In this document: positions 9,252 to 19,203 of the stretch, piece after piece
How positions within the stretch are numbered: position 1 is the stretch's first letter
Layout: each line of letters begins with the position of its first letter
NCBI RefSeq assembly: GCF_028368995.1
Contig: NZ_JAQNDL010000001.1
Coordinates: 4,472,531-4,536,530, forward strand
Reading direction: 5' to 3'
Source: Nannocystis bainbridge
Lineage (GTDB): Bacteria > Myxococcota_A > Polyangia > Nannocystales > Nannocystaceae
DNA: 64,000 nucleotides
Translations under genes and position numbers: made by a program
The notes under the pieces: generated by a model
Database searches by the model: none
What the model was told of the DNA's origin: nothing
The model's input: the letters and a program-made list of their open reading frames with translations, nothing else

Positions 9252-12200
9252 TCAGGGCTTGATCTCGACCTTGCCGGCGGTGCTGTAGCCGTGGCTGCCG
9301 CCGACGTACATAAACTCGGCGGAGGCGGGCGGGAGCACGAAGGTGCCGGGGGTCGAGGCGCGCACGAGGTAGGTGGCGACGACGCGCTCGCCCCAGACGC
9401 GGTCGAAGTAGACGTAGACGCGGTCGTCGCGGAGCTCGACGTAGCTGGCGTCGCTGCCGCCCCAGCGTAGCTGCTCGTGGAACGGGTGCTGGTCGGTGAG
9501 CTCGGGGGCGCGGGCGACGGTCCAGAGGTCAGGCTGGATCGGCTCGAAGCCGGCGGGCAGGCGGTCGGTGACGGCGAGGTAGTTCATCTGGTTGCCGTCG
9601 AGCTCACTGAGGGGCAAGTCGGCGAGCAGGGCGACGCGCAGGACCTGGCCGGGCTTGACGGTGGTGAGGTCGATCGGGCCGCCGCGCGCGTCGGTGATGG
9701 CGCGGTAGATGTCGGGGCCCTGCTTCGCGGTGGTGGCGACGAGGCCGCGGGCGTCGTCGAGCGGCCGCTTCCAGGCGCCCTCGACCATGAAGGCGATGGC
9801 GGCGGTGCTGTCGCTGGCGAGCCGGAGGGTGGCCTTCTTGCCGCGCAGGTCGGCGACGGCGATCCGGTACTCGAGGGCGCCGGCGCCGAGCTCGGCGGCA
9901 GCAGTGAGGGCGATGCCGTCGAGGCTGGCGGTGACGCCGGCGCCGGTGGCGGGCTGGTTCTTGAGCTGCTCGGCGATCGCCATCAGCGAGTAGGCGGTGG
10001 CCTGGGTGGTGTAGCTCTCGGTGGTGTCGGCGAGCCTCTGGGTGAGCTTGGCCTTGAGCACGGAGCTCGGGCGCAGGCGGCCGAGGGTGATGACGGTCTG
10101 CGCCATCGTGCGCGTGGTCGAGCCGAAGTAGTAGAAGTCGCGGTACCCGGCGGTCTTGGCCAGCGTGCCGTCGGCCTCGTAGCTGGCCTCGACCTCGTCG
10201 ACGAGCTGTTTGACGCGGTCTTCCTGGCCCTTGAGGCTGTTCAGGGCGATCGCCAGGCTGGCGAGGCCGAACACGCCCATGTGCTCCTTGCGGTCGAACA
10301 GCGGGTCGGCGGCGCTCTCGGGCAGCGCGCCGAGCTCGCCGAGAGTGTGGGCGATCGCGGCCTGGACCTCGGCCTCGGTGCCGTCGGACAGGAGCATCTC
10401 CTGGAGATACGAGGTGACGCCCTCGAGCAGGCCGTCGGGCAAGGTGAGGCCGGCCTGCTTGGCGGCGACGAGGGCGCGCACGGCGTAGGCGGTGCCGTAG
10501 ACGTTGGGGACGCTGTCGCCGGGCCAGTAACCGAGGCCGCCGGAGGCGGTGCGCATGCCGGCGAGCCGCTTGAGGCCGACCTGGATCCGCTTGTCGAGCT
10601 CCTCGCGCGACATGCCGCCGATGCCGATGCGCGGCAGGATGTCGCGCGCGGCCAGCAGCGGCAGGGTGCCCGAGGTGGTCTGCTCGACGCAGCCGTGGGG
10701 GTAGTCGAGCAGGTACTGCAGGCGGGCGCCGAGCTCGGGCCACAGGTGCTGGCCGGCGAGGACCTTGATGTAGTCCTTGTCGCCGCGACCGACGAGGACG
10801 CCGGCGGGGATCTCGAGCGCGATCTCCTGGGCGCCGACGAAGGCGCCGTCGAGGTGCGGCCGCTCGGCGAGACCGGGCACGTCGACGGGGATGATCGACT
10901 CGACGGCGTCGCGCACGGTGCCGCCGTCGCGGACGTTGAAGTTGAGCTTGAGCTCGCCGGGGACGGCGGCGGTCAGCGGGAAGCCGACGCGCTGGTGACC
11001 CTGCGGCGGGACGGTGACGGCCTGGGTGGCGTCGTTCATCGCCACGGTGGCGGCGAGCGGCAGGTCGGTGTTGTTGTGGACCATCGCCGCGGCCTCGAAG
11101 CTGTCGCCGGTGGCGGCGAAGCGCGGGACGACGGGGATCATCATGACCGGCCGACGCACTGTGAAGTCGCTTTCGACGGCGGCGCCCTTGCCCTGCTTGT
11201 CGATGACGACGGCCATCATGCGGAAGCGGGTGAGGTTGTCGGGCAAGGTGAACTTGACGGTGGCCTTGCCGCTGGCGTCGGTGCGCAGGTCGGGCTTCCA
11301 GAAGGCGGTCTGGACGAAGTTCTTGCGGGTGTTGGTGACGGAGGCGCTGGCGTCGCCGTCGCCAGCGGTCTGGCTGTGCTTGAGCAGGGCAGCGAGCAGG
11401 TCGCGCGAGTCGCTGACCTCGAAGGCCAGCGGCTGACCGGGGCGCAGGGCGGCTGCGGGATCTTCGGCGTGGAAGTTGGTCATGCGCAGCACGCCCTCGT
11501 CGACGACGGCGAGCGCGACCTCGGCCCCGGCGACGGGCTTGCCTTTGTGGTCGACGTCGACGGTGATCTCGACCTCTTCGCGCGGCTCGTAGGTGGCCTT
11601 GTCGCTGGCGACGGTGGCGGCGAGTCGGACGTCGTCGAAGGTGACGGGGATCCGCGCGACGCCGATCTTCCAGTCGGTGCGCTCGTCGCCGCTGCCGATC
11701 GGGAGCAGGGTGACGGTGGCGTGGACGTAGGGGGCGTGGCTGGCGTTGACGGGGACTTCGAAGAGGGCGGCGGCCTCGTCGAGGCGGCGGACTTCTTGCT
11801 TGAGGAGGCCGCCCTGCTCGACGGTGAAGATGGCGGTGGCGGCGGCGAAGGGGCTGCGCACGAGCAGCTTGGCGGTCTCACCGGGGGCGTAGCGGGCTTT
11901 GTCGGGGGTGAGCTCGACGGTGCGGCCCTTGCTGGGGACGACGGGCTGGTCGCCGCCGTGACCCCAGGCCCACAGGTCGGTCATGCCGCCAGGGCGGCCG
12001 TCGACCTCGGCGCGGACCTCGTAGGAGCCGGAGGCGGGCGGGACGAGGTCGCAGGTGGCGGGGACGCTGGTGCTGGTGGCGGTGCAGTGGCCGACCTCTT
12101 TGAGGGTGCGCTGCCACTGGTAGTCGTAGCCGCCGCCCTTCATCGGCTTCTTGCTGTAGGTCCAGTCGACCCGGTGCATGCGCGCGGTGACGGGCACGCC

Positions 12201-14978
12201 CTCGACCGACTTGCCCTCGGGGTCGACGACGCCGAGCTGGATGTGGACGGGGGCGCCGACGTCGCTCCACGGCTGCTCGACCTTGAGGCCGGCGTAGCGA
12301 TTGGCCGGGTGGACGACGACGGCGCCGCGGCCGGCGATGTGGCGATACGAGGTGTCGGCGACGTCGGCCTCGAGGGTGAAGCGCTGCGGGCCGACGGTGC
12401 CGGCGAGGTCGAGCTTCTGCGAGACCTTGAGGGTGCCGTCAGGGCCGAGCTCGCCGCTGCCGGCGCGCGACCAGTCCTCGTCGCCGTTCTCCTCCTCCCA
12501 CCACGCGTGCTCCCGCTCGGAGAAGACGAGGCCGGCGTCGACGAGGGTGCCGGAGGGCAGGGCGGCGGACTCGCGCGTGACGGTCCACTCGACCTGAGCC
12601 TTGTCCATGGCGGCGCCGAACAGGTACTTGCCGACGACGGTGGCCGCGAGCACGCCCTTGGCCTCGCGGGCGTCGACGTCAACGGTGAAGCGCGGCGGCT
12701 CGAACTCGGCGACCTGGACCACGGTCTCGTCGAGGCGCCGGTCGCTGTTGGCCTCGTAGACGGCGATGATGTGGCGACCGAGGCGCGCCTCGGCGGGCAC
12801 GTTGTAGTCGGCGGCGACGCTGCCCATGTCGTCGGTGACGAGCGGGAAGGTCGCGAGGTCCTCCTCGGTCGGGCCGATGACCTTGACGACGACGGGCTTG
12901 CCAGCGAGCGGGGCGATGTCCTCGCCGATGCGCTGGCGCAGGCTGGCCTTGAGGTGGACGACGGCGCCGGGGCGGTAGATGCCGCGGTCGGTGATCACCA
13001 TGCCGCGACGGTCGCCGAGCTGCGGCGCGGACTCGGCCGAGAAGTGGGGGAACAGCCGGTTCTCCCGCGAGGGGTTCTTGAGCTGGACGGTCAGCGCGGC
13101 GGCGCCACCCTCGACCCGCACGGCGGTGCTGCCGGCGCGATCGAGGCCGATCGGGAGGACGGCGAAGCCGTTGGCGTCGGTGGTGCGGCCGGCGACCTTG
13201 TCGCCGTTGAGAGCGAAGCTGGCCCCAGAGACAGGTTCACCGGTGGCCAGGCGAGCGACGTGCACGAGGGTGACCTCGGGCAGGACGTGGGTGTGGACGG
13301 CGAGGGCCTGGTCGTCACCAGGGGTGACGAGCGCGAGCGGCTGCCGCGAGGCGCTCATCCACGCCGGGTACTGGACCGGCTGGGCGCCCTCGGCGGGGGC
13401 GACGAGGTTGACGGCGAGGACGTAGTTCTTGCCGGCGCTGAGCTTGGCGAGCAGGTCGACCTGGGTGGTGACGAACTTGTCGGGGTCGGCGGCGGGCTCG
13501 AAGGCGATGGTGGTGGTGGGCGCGCCCTCGGGCGGGGTGCGGCGCTCGAGCTGCTCGCGGGCCTGGTTGAGCGCGGCGGCGTCGTCGGCGACCTCCCAGG
13601 CGGTGATCTCGCCGCGGGCGACGTTGCGCGAGGTGACGGTAAAGGCGCGGCTGGCGGCGCCGTCGAGGATCAGGACGCCCTCGGGCATCGACACGCTGGC
13701 GGCCAGCGGGGTGGTGTCGAGGGTGATGGCGGTCGGCGGGACGGTGTTGCCGTAGATGTCCTTGAGGCCAGGTAGCGCGAGGCGGTAGGTCCGCGACGGC
13801 AGGAAGTTGCCGGACACGACGACGCGGCCGTTGCTCTCCCAGGTGTCGTTGACCCACACGCTGAGGTTGTCGACCGCCGGGGTGACGCGGACCTGGTTCT
13901 TGAGGTCGGCCTGGGCGACGTCGAGGCGGTTGGTGAACTCGAGCGCGACCTCGCGGCCGTCGGTGCGCAGGCGCGGGCTGTCCCACTCGCACACGCTGCG
14001 GTCCCAGGCGTAGCCGCAGCTGGCCCGGGTGAGCTCGAGCGGGCCGGCGACCTCGTAGCGCTTCTCGAAGTCGTCACCCTTGTGGCCGCGGGCCTTGAAG
14101 ACGACGGCGGACTCCTCGTTCATCCGCGCGGCCGGCTTGACCTCGACGATCTGGCGCGGGTTGACGGTGTAGCCCTCGAAGCGGCTGCTCTTGAGGTGCG
14201 CGAGGGTGACGGCGATCTTCTCGCCGTTCTCGTAGGCGAGCTCGACGAGGCCCTCGACCTTCTTGAGGTTGACGGGCTGGTCGAAGACGACGAAGAAGCT
14301 GGCGTCGTTGCGGACGCGGCCGCCCCACTGCGGGTAGACGTTGACGGCGCCGTACTCGCCGGGGGTCGGCAAGTAGGTGATCGTCTTGCCGGCGACGTCG
14401 ATCCGCGGCTCGGCGACGAAGCCGGCCTTCCACGGCTCCATGGCGCCGCCGTCCTCGGTGGTGAGGCCCTGGACGGTGATCGTGTAGGTGACGGCGGGGT
14501 CGAAGGGCTTGGCGGCGCGGAACTCGAGCGAGCGACCCTGGGTCCACGCGGCCTTGCCGGCGACCGGCGGATCGATGGTGAGGGTGCCGGCAGCAGCAGC
14601 GACGGGCTTGTCCTTGACGATCTTGGCGGGCAGCTTGACGCTCCGGTTGAAGCGCAGGCGCACGACCTGACCCTCGACCTCGAACTTGCCGTCCTCGACG
14701 GTCGGCCAGCTGACGGTCAGCGGCTGGTCGCTGCCGACATCCTCGCCGCCGATGTCGAGCTCGGGCCGCGCGTGGCGATCGGTGAGCGGCGGCGGGAAGA
14801 CCAGGGCGGCGCCGGTCTGGGCCGGGATCGTGCGCACGAGCGAGTCGCCTTCGGGCTGCTGCTCGTCGGTGGCGCCGACGTCGACCGCGGGCTTGGACAC
14901 GGGCTGGCAAGCGACGAGGGCGAGCAGCGCCGGCGAGAGGGTGAGCAGACGAAGACGAGGGCCGCGTGGGTGCTGCAT
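9252..14978 (-). CDS. Bacterial alpha-2-macroglobulin family lipoprotein
   Basis: Lipobox LLALVAC, TDRGIYRPG, VAEFEPPRF, AVVDEGVL, LPDNLTRFR, thioester motif YPHGCVEQ, C-terminal PGTFVLPPA. Confidence 0.95.
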   Translation of the reverse strand: MQHPRGPRLRLLTLSPALLALVACQPVSKPAVDVGATDEQQPEGDSLVRTIPAQTGAALVFPPPLTDRHARPELDIGGEDVGSDQPLTVSWPTVEDGKFEVEGQVVRLRFNRSVKLPAKIVKDKPVAAAAGTLTIDPPVAGKAAWTQGRSLEFRAAKPFDPAVTYTITVQGLTTEDGGAMEPWKAGFVAEPRIDVAGKTITYLPTPGEYGAVNVYPQWGGRVRNDASFFVVFDQPVNLKKVEGLVELAYENGEKIAVTLAHLKSSRFEGYTVNPRQIVEVKPAARMNEESAVVFKARGHKGDDFEKRYEVAGPLELTRASCGYAWDRSVCEWDSPRLRTDGREVALEFTNRLDVAQADLKNQVRVTPAVDNLSVWVNDTWESNGRVVVSGNFLPSRTYRLALPGLKDIYGNTVPPTAITLDTTPLAASVSMPEGVLILDGAASRAFTVTSRNVARGEITAWEVADDAAALNQAREQLERRTPPEGAPTTTIAFEPAADPDKFVTTQVDLLAKLSAGKNYVLAVNLVAPAEGAQPVQYPAWMSASRQPLALVTPGDDQALAVHTHVLPEVTLVHVARLATGEPVSGASFALNGDKVAGRTTDANGFAVLPIGLDRAGSTAVRVEGGAAALTVQLKNPSRENRLFPHFSAESAPQLGDRRGMVITDRGIYRPGAVVHLKASLRQRIGEDIAPLAGKPVVVKVIGPTEEDLATFPLVTDDMGSVAADYNVPAEARLGRHIIAVYEANSDRRLDETVVQVAEFEPPRFTVDVDAREAKGVLAATVVGKYLFGAAMDKAQVEWTVTRESAALPSGTLVDAGLVFSEREHAWWEEENGDEDWSRAGSGELGPDGTLKVSQKLDLAGTVGPQRFTLEADVADTSYRHIAGRGAVVVHPANRYAGLKVEQPWSDVGAPVHIQLGVVDPEGKSVEGVPVTARMHRVDWTYSKKPMKGGGYDYQWQRTLKEVGHCTATSTSVPATCDLVPPASGSYEVRAEVDGRPGGMTDLWAWGHGGDQPVVPSKGRTVELTPDKARYAPGETAKLLVRSPFAAATAIFTVEQGGLLKQEVRRLDEAAALFEVPVNASHAPYVHATVTLLPIGSGDERTDWKIGVARIPVTFDDVRLAATVASDKATYEPREEVEITVDVDHKGKPVAGAEVALAVVDEGVLRMTNFHAEDPAAALRPGQPLAFEVSDSRDLLAALLKHSQTAGDGDASASVTNTRKNFVQTAFWKPDLRTDASGKATVKFTLPDNLTRFRMMAVVIDKQGKGAAVESDFTVRRPVMMIPVVPRFAATGDSFEAAAMVHNNTDLPLAATVAMNDATQAVTVPPQGHQRVGFPLTAAVPGELKLNFNVRDGGTVRDAVESIIPVDVPGLAERPHLDGAFVGAQEIALEIPAGVLVGRGDKDYIKVLAGQHLWPELGARLQYLLDYPHGCVEQTTSGTLPLLAARDILPRIGIGGMSREELDKRIQVGLKRLAGMRTASGGLGYWPGDSVPNVYGTAYAVRALVAAKQAGLTLPDGLLEGVTSYLQEMLLSDGTEAEVQAAIAHTLGELGALPESAADPLFDRKEHMGVFGLASLAIALNSLKGQEDRVKQLVDEVEASYEADGTLAKTAGYRDFYYFGSTTRTMAQTVITLGRLRPSSVLKAKLTQRLADTTESYTTQATAYSLMAIAEQLKNQPATGAGVTASLDGIALTAAAELGAGALEYRIAVADLRGKKATLRLASDSTAAIAFMVEGAWKRPLDDARGLVATTAKQGPDIYRAITDARGGPIDLTTVKPGQVLRVALLADLPLSELDGNQMNYLAVTDRLPAGFEPIQPDLWTVARAPELTDQHPFHEQLRWGGSDASYVELRDDRVYVYFDRVWGERVVATYLVRASTPGTFVLPPASAEFMYVGGSHGYSTAGKVEIKP

Positions 14979-15258
14979 GACGGGGGAGTGCGGCGGAGGC
15001 CGCGGCGACAATGGTGCATGCGAGACGGGTCCGCCGGAAAGGTCGAGCGCTCGCAGATGCACGCTGTTCGGTCAGCGAAACGCGTGACCACGACGACAAA
15101 ATCCCGCGCCAGCGGCGCGGAACCGCCCGAGGGCGAGCGATTTCTCGCGCGGTAAGTTCGGCCGGGAGCCTTGGCGCGAGCGAACGCGAGGCGGCCGCCG
15201 TGGGCGGCGAAGGGCGGAGAACTCGGGATGCGCGGGCAAGAAGCGGGTGCGGGACGGC

Positions 15259-15630
15259 TGTCCGCGAGGACAGGGCGGGCTCACGCGAGTGCGCGGCGCG
15301 CGAAGAGGCGGATGTCCGCGAGGACAGGTGGTGTGGCGTGCGCGGTGCGGATGTCCGCGAGGACAGGCGGAGTCGCGTGCGCGTGCGGATGCCCGCGAGG
15401 ACAACAGTCGTGCGCGAGCGAGGCGGGATGTCCGCAAGGACAGGTGGGCCGCGCGAGCGTGCGGTGTCCGTGAGGTCAGGGATCGCAGCGCGCGCGAGGC
15501 GAGGACCGGCGACGCTCACGCGCGCGAGGCGGGATGTCCGCGAGGACAGGCGGCCCTCGACGGGCGCGTATGTCCGCGGGGACAGGTCGGCCGCGTCTCG
15601 TAGTCAGGCGAACGTCCCTGAGGACATGTC
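15259..15630. repeat. Regularly interspaced cluster of 9 TGTCC-N4-GGACA monomers
   Basis: Units at 15259, 15313, 15352, 15390, 15429, 15465, 15535, 15571 and 15613. Consensus (GGA)TGTCCGCGAGGACAGG. Confidence 0.9.
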
Positions 15631-15664
15631 GTAGAGACCAGGCGGGCGAGAGCCCTGCGCCGGC

Positions 15665-17716
15665 TCAATCGTCGTCGATGATCGGGACGCGGGCCGGGAC
15701 GTCCATCGTGATCGGCTTGCTCAGGTCGACGGAGGAGGCGTGGCGGGTGACGATCACGGCCGGCTTCACGTCGCTCTGCTCGCTGCTGGCGGCCTTCTGC
15801 GGGCGGCGCCCGACCAGGAAGTACGTACACAGGGCGCCCTTGCCCTTGACGTGGATGATGCCGCGGCGCTGAAAGGCGTACTTGTGGCGCAGGCGCTTGT
15901 AGGTGGCCTCGGTGACCTGGACGGCGTTGGCGATGCCGTGCGACTCCATGCGGCTGGCGATGTTGACGGTGTCGCCCCACAGGTCGTACGCGAACTTCTT
16001 GGTGCCGATGATGCCGGCGGTGACAGGGCCGCAGTTGAGGCCGATGCGGATCCGTACGCCGCGGTTGCGCTTGGCGTTGAAGCGCTCGATGATCGCCAGC
16101 ATGTCGAGCGCCATCTCGGCCATCGCCTCGGCGTGGTCGGGCCGCGGCATCGGCAGGCCGCTGGCGGCCATGTACTCGTCGCCGATGGTCTTGATCTTCT
16201 CGAGGCCGTGCTTCTCGGCCAGCTGGTCGAACATCGAGAAGATGCGGTTGAGCATCGCCACCAGCTCGGCCGGCGGCAGCTGCTCGCTCATGCGGGTGAA
16301 GCCGACGAGGTCGGCGAACAGCACCGTGACGTCGGGGAAGACGTCGGCGATGGTCCGCTGGCCCTCCTTGAGGCGCTCGGCGATCGGCCGCGGGAGAATG
16401 TTGAGGAGCAGCTGCTCGCTGCGCTCCTGCTCGCTGCGGAGCTTGCGGACGTAGGCGCGCTCGCGGTCGCGGAGGCGCTTCTTCTCGAGGCAGGCGCCGA
16501 TGCGGGCCCGCAAGATGACCGGGTTGAACGGCTTCGGCAGGTAGTCTTCGGCGCCGAGCTCGATCGACTTGACGACGGTGTCGATCTCGTCGAGCGCGGA
16601 GATCATGATGACCGGCAGGCCGCGGAACTTGTCGTCGGCGTGCAGCTGCTCGAGCACCTGATAGCCGTCCATCTCCGGCATCATGACGTCGAGCAGGACG
16701 AGGTCGAAGTCCTGGCTGCGCAGCATGTGCAGGGCGCTCTTGCCGTTGTCGGCGAGCTGCACGGTGTGGCCCTCGCGCTCGAGCCGGCGGGCCAACATGC
16801 TGCGGTTCGACTCGTTGTCGTCGACGACGAGGATCCGGCCGGTGTCGGAGGTCGCGCGCGGGATGCTGGTCTGCCGCGGCAGGCTCGGCGCGACGGTGGT
16901 CTGGCTCGGCTCGGGCGCCGGCTTCGAGGTGTGGAGGATCTTGTTGACCGCGCCGCCGCTGACGATCTCGTCGAGCCGCTGCACCGCGTCGAAGATCAGC
17001 TCGACGTCGGCGCTGACCTCGTCACGGTCGTTCTGCTTGAAGATCTGGACCAGCCGCTCGACGTGGGTCCGCAGGTGCGCCAGCGGGAACAGCAGGTCGC
17101 GGTTGAGCCGCTCCTGGCTCGGCCGCTGCGCCTTGGGATCGAGCAGCTCGTCGATGACGCCGAGCAGCTGGCGACCGTCGCTGAGCAGCTGGCGGACGTG
17201 CGCGCCGACGAACTCGTCGTGCTTCTCCTCGGCGTCCTCCAGCAGCATCTCGCTGTAGCCGAAGATCTGGTTGAACGGCGTGCGCAGGTCGTGGCGCAGC
17301 TGCGCGGACGACGAACGCTTGGTCGTCGAGGTCGGGAGCCGCGGCGCGTCAGGCTCGGGCCGCGAGATGGCCCGCGGCAGCGGCTGCGAGACGCCACGCG
17401 GGATCGGCGCGACGATCGAGTTCTCGCCGCTGTTGATCAGGAAGTTGGGGAATTGCGAGCCCGCTTGCTCGTCGTCGACGTCGATCGAGACGTCGGTCGG
17501 CGAGTCGTCGGTGGCGATGCCGGTGAAGTCGAGCTCCGAATCGTCGGCAGCGGCCTCGACGGCGTGGCTCGGATCGGGCTCCTCGATGATGCTGCCCTTG
17601 AACGGATCGTCGTCGTCGTCCGGGATGCCGATCCGCGGATCCTGACCCACCAACGGCTCGCCTGCGGGGTCCTTGGCGACCTTGTTGCCGCGGCTATTTG
17701 GATCCTTTTCTCGCAT
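15665..17716 (-). CDS. Class III adenylate cyclase with HisKA-like and receiver domains
   Basis: HDLRTPFNQIFGYSEML; ILVVDD..LVLLDVMMP..KPF; VLFADLVGFT, KIKTIGD, YDLWGDTVNIASRMES. Confidence 0.93.
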   Translation of the reverse strand: MREKDPNSRGNKVAKDPAGEPLVGQDPRIGIPDDDDDPFKGSIIEEPDPSHAVEAAADDSELDFTGIATDDSPTDVSIDVDDEQAGSQFPNFLINSGENSIVAPIPRGVSQPLPRAISRPEPDAPRLPTSTTKRSSSAQLRHDLRTPFNQIFGYSEMLLEDAEEKHDEFVGAHVRQLLSDGRQLLGVIDELLDPKAQRPSQERLNRDLLFPLAHLRTHVERLVQIFKQNDRDEVSADVELIFDAVQRLDEIVSGGAVNKILHTSKPAPEPSQTTVAPSLPRQTSIPRATSDTGRILVVDDNESNRSMLARRLEREGHTVQLADNGKSALHMLRSQDFDLVLLDVMMPEMDGYQVLEQLHADDKFRGLPVIMISALDEIDTVVKSIELGAEDYLPKPFNPVILRARIGACLEKKRLRDRERAYVRKLRSEQERSEQLLLNILPRPIAERLKEGQRTIADVFPDVTVLFADLVGFTRMSEQLPPAELVAMLNRIFSMFDQLAEKHGLEKIKTIGDEYMAASGLPMPRPDHAEAMAEMALDMLAIIERFNAKRNRGVRIRIGLNCGPVTAGIIGTKKFAYDLWGDTVNIASRMESHGIANAVQVTEATYKRLRHKYAFQRRGIIHVKGKGALCTYFLVGRRPQKAASSEQSDVKPAVIVTRHASSVDLSKPITMDVPARVPIIDDD

Positions 17717-18264
17717 TCAGGCAGCAGTCGCGGACGCGGAGAGGGAGAGTCTAGTGAAGCCGCGCGGGCTGGAAAAAGCTGGAGGCTTCGATCGTAGCGC
17801 GAACACCGTGAGTGCGATCACCCCTCAAAACCAGGTCGCGCGAGCACCACTCTCGCCGCCTCGGGGGCGAAGGACAACCCTCGGTGTCGGTCAAAACACC
17901 CATGGACCGTGCGGGAACGCTCCCGCAAGCCCGCGCTCCCGCCCGGCGGACCTCTGCGGCCGGGATTGCGAGATCGCCGTGCGCCACGACCGCCAGACCG
18001 TTCCCCACCACGCTCACAGTGTACGACTGTTCGCGAGCCGACGTCCTCGGAGCGGGACACCGCCCGGCAGATCGGCGGAGATCGATGGGCCGACGGACGC
18101 CGCGGCGCGGGAGCGCGCGAGGAGGGGCCGCGGCTCGGGCGAAATCTCCGCCGTGATCACCGGTCCTTTGGGACATCGTCGCGCCGCAATGGCGCTTGAC
18201 CGCCAAAGTCGCCAGCCTCGAAGATGTCGCGGCCGGGCGCGCGAGCGCCGGCAAGCGGAAGAAT

Positions 18265-19158
18265 ATGAAGAGTTTTCGCGACGAGTACACCTTGCAGGCG
18301 ACGGATTCGGTGCCAGAAGGCGTGGCCTTCGATGCGAGGACAGGGCGCTTCTTCGCGACCGGGCTGCTGAGCGGCACCATCACGCAGATCGACGCGGGGA
18401 CCGGGGAAGAGCGGCCGTTCTTCGCGCCTGCGGGGCAGCCGCAGCAGCTCACGGGCGCCAAGGTCGACGAGGTCAACCGCCGCTTGTGGGTCTGCTATTC
18501 GGAGATCCAAAACATGCTCGGCGGGGTCCACGTGTTCGATGTCGACACGGGTGCGCGGCTGGCGAGCTTCGAGCTGGCGCGCGGCGGCATCTGCAACGAC
18601 GTCGCGCTGGCACCGGAAGGGGTCGCGTACGTGACCGACTCCTTCCAGCCGGTGATCTACCGGGTCGACCTGGCGTCCGGGGCGGCCGACGAGTTCGTGC
18701 GCGACGCCCGGATGTCGGCGCCGATGGGCCAGTTCGGGCTCAACGGCGTCGCCGTCAGCCCCGACGGGGCGTACGTGATCGGCGGCTTCACCTCGCCCTC
18801 GAAGCTGTTCGTGGTCCCGCGCGCGGGCGGAGAGGTTCGCGAGATCTCCCTCGACGGCGACCCATTCGCGCCCGCCGGCGACCCGCACTTCCTCGGCGCC
18901 GACGGCATCCTCTTCATCGACGACGCGCTCTACGTGATCCACGACGGCGGCGTGCAGCAGGTCCGCTTCACCGCGCCGGAGTACCGCGCCGGGACGGTCA
19001 GGAACCGCCTGGTCCCCGAGCCCGGGCTGTCGACCGCGACCGTGGCTCACGGCCAGCTCTACGTGATCAAGAGCGAGGTCGTGCGGATGGTCCACATGAA
19101 GCAGGCGCCGCGCCTGCCGTTCAAGATCTACCGGGTGCCGCTGGCGGTGTTCGCCTGA
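18265..19158 (+). CDS. SMP-30/gluconolactonase-like beta-propeller protein
   Basis: PEGVAFD, NDVALAPEG.AYVTDS, LNGVAVSPDG, ADGI repeats. ATG at 18265 within ORF 18196..19158. Confidence 0.8.
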   Translation: MKSFRDEYTLQATDSVPEGVAFDARTGRFFATGLLSGTITQIDAGTGEERPFFAPAGQPQQLTGAKVDEVNRRLWVCYSEIQNMLGGVHVFDVDTGARLASFELARGGICNDVALAPEGVAYVTDSFQPVIYRVDLASGAADEFVRDARMSAPMGQFGLNGVAVSPDGAYVIGGFTSPSKLFVVPRAGGEVREISLDGDPFAPAGDPHFLGADGILFIDDALYVIHDGGVQQVRFTAPEYRAGTVRNRLVPEPGLSTATVAHGQLYVIKSEVVRMVHMKQAPRLPFKIYRVPLAVFA

Positions 19159-19161
19159 GGC

Positions 19162-19203
19162 TGTCCCTCGGGGCATGCTCCCAAGGACATGCCCCGAAGG
19201 TCA
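19162..19203. repeat. Three tandem 14-bp TGTCC-N4-GGACA units
   Basis: TGTCCctcgGGGCA-TGCTCccaaGGACA-TGCCCcgaaGGTCA fills the gap between convergent stops. The last TCA is the helicase stop codon. Confidence 0.9.

Noticed and set aside
9477-13775. Long antisense or alternate-frame ORFs (for example 9477..13775, 769..2766, 15740..17797, 29287..32391, 43843..45651)
   Set aside because: These are shadow ORFs expected in high-GC DNA opposite well-supported genes, and they contain no motifs.
6564-14978. A2M-pbpC pair as a novel system
   Set aside because: This is a well-known conserved pairing (yfhM-pbpC type).
15259-15630. Bona fide CRISPR array
   Set aside because: The repeat is only about 14-19 bp and identical to the dispersed element, the spacers are short, irregular and low-complexity, and no cas genes are in the window.
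17717-18264. ncRNA or riboswitch in the 550-bp divergent intergenic region
   Set aside because: No recognisable family motif. An Rfam/Infernal search would be needed.
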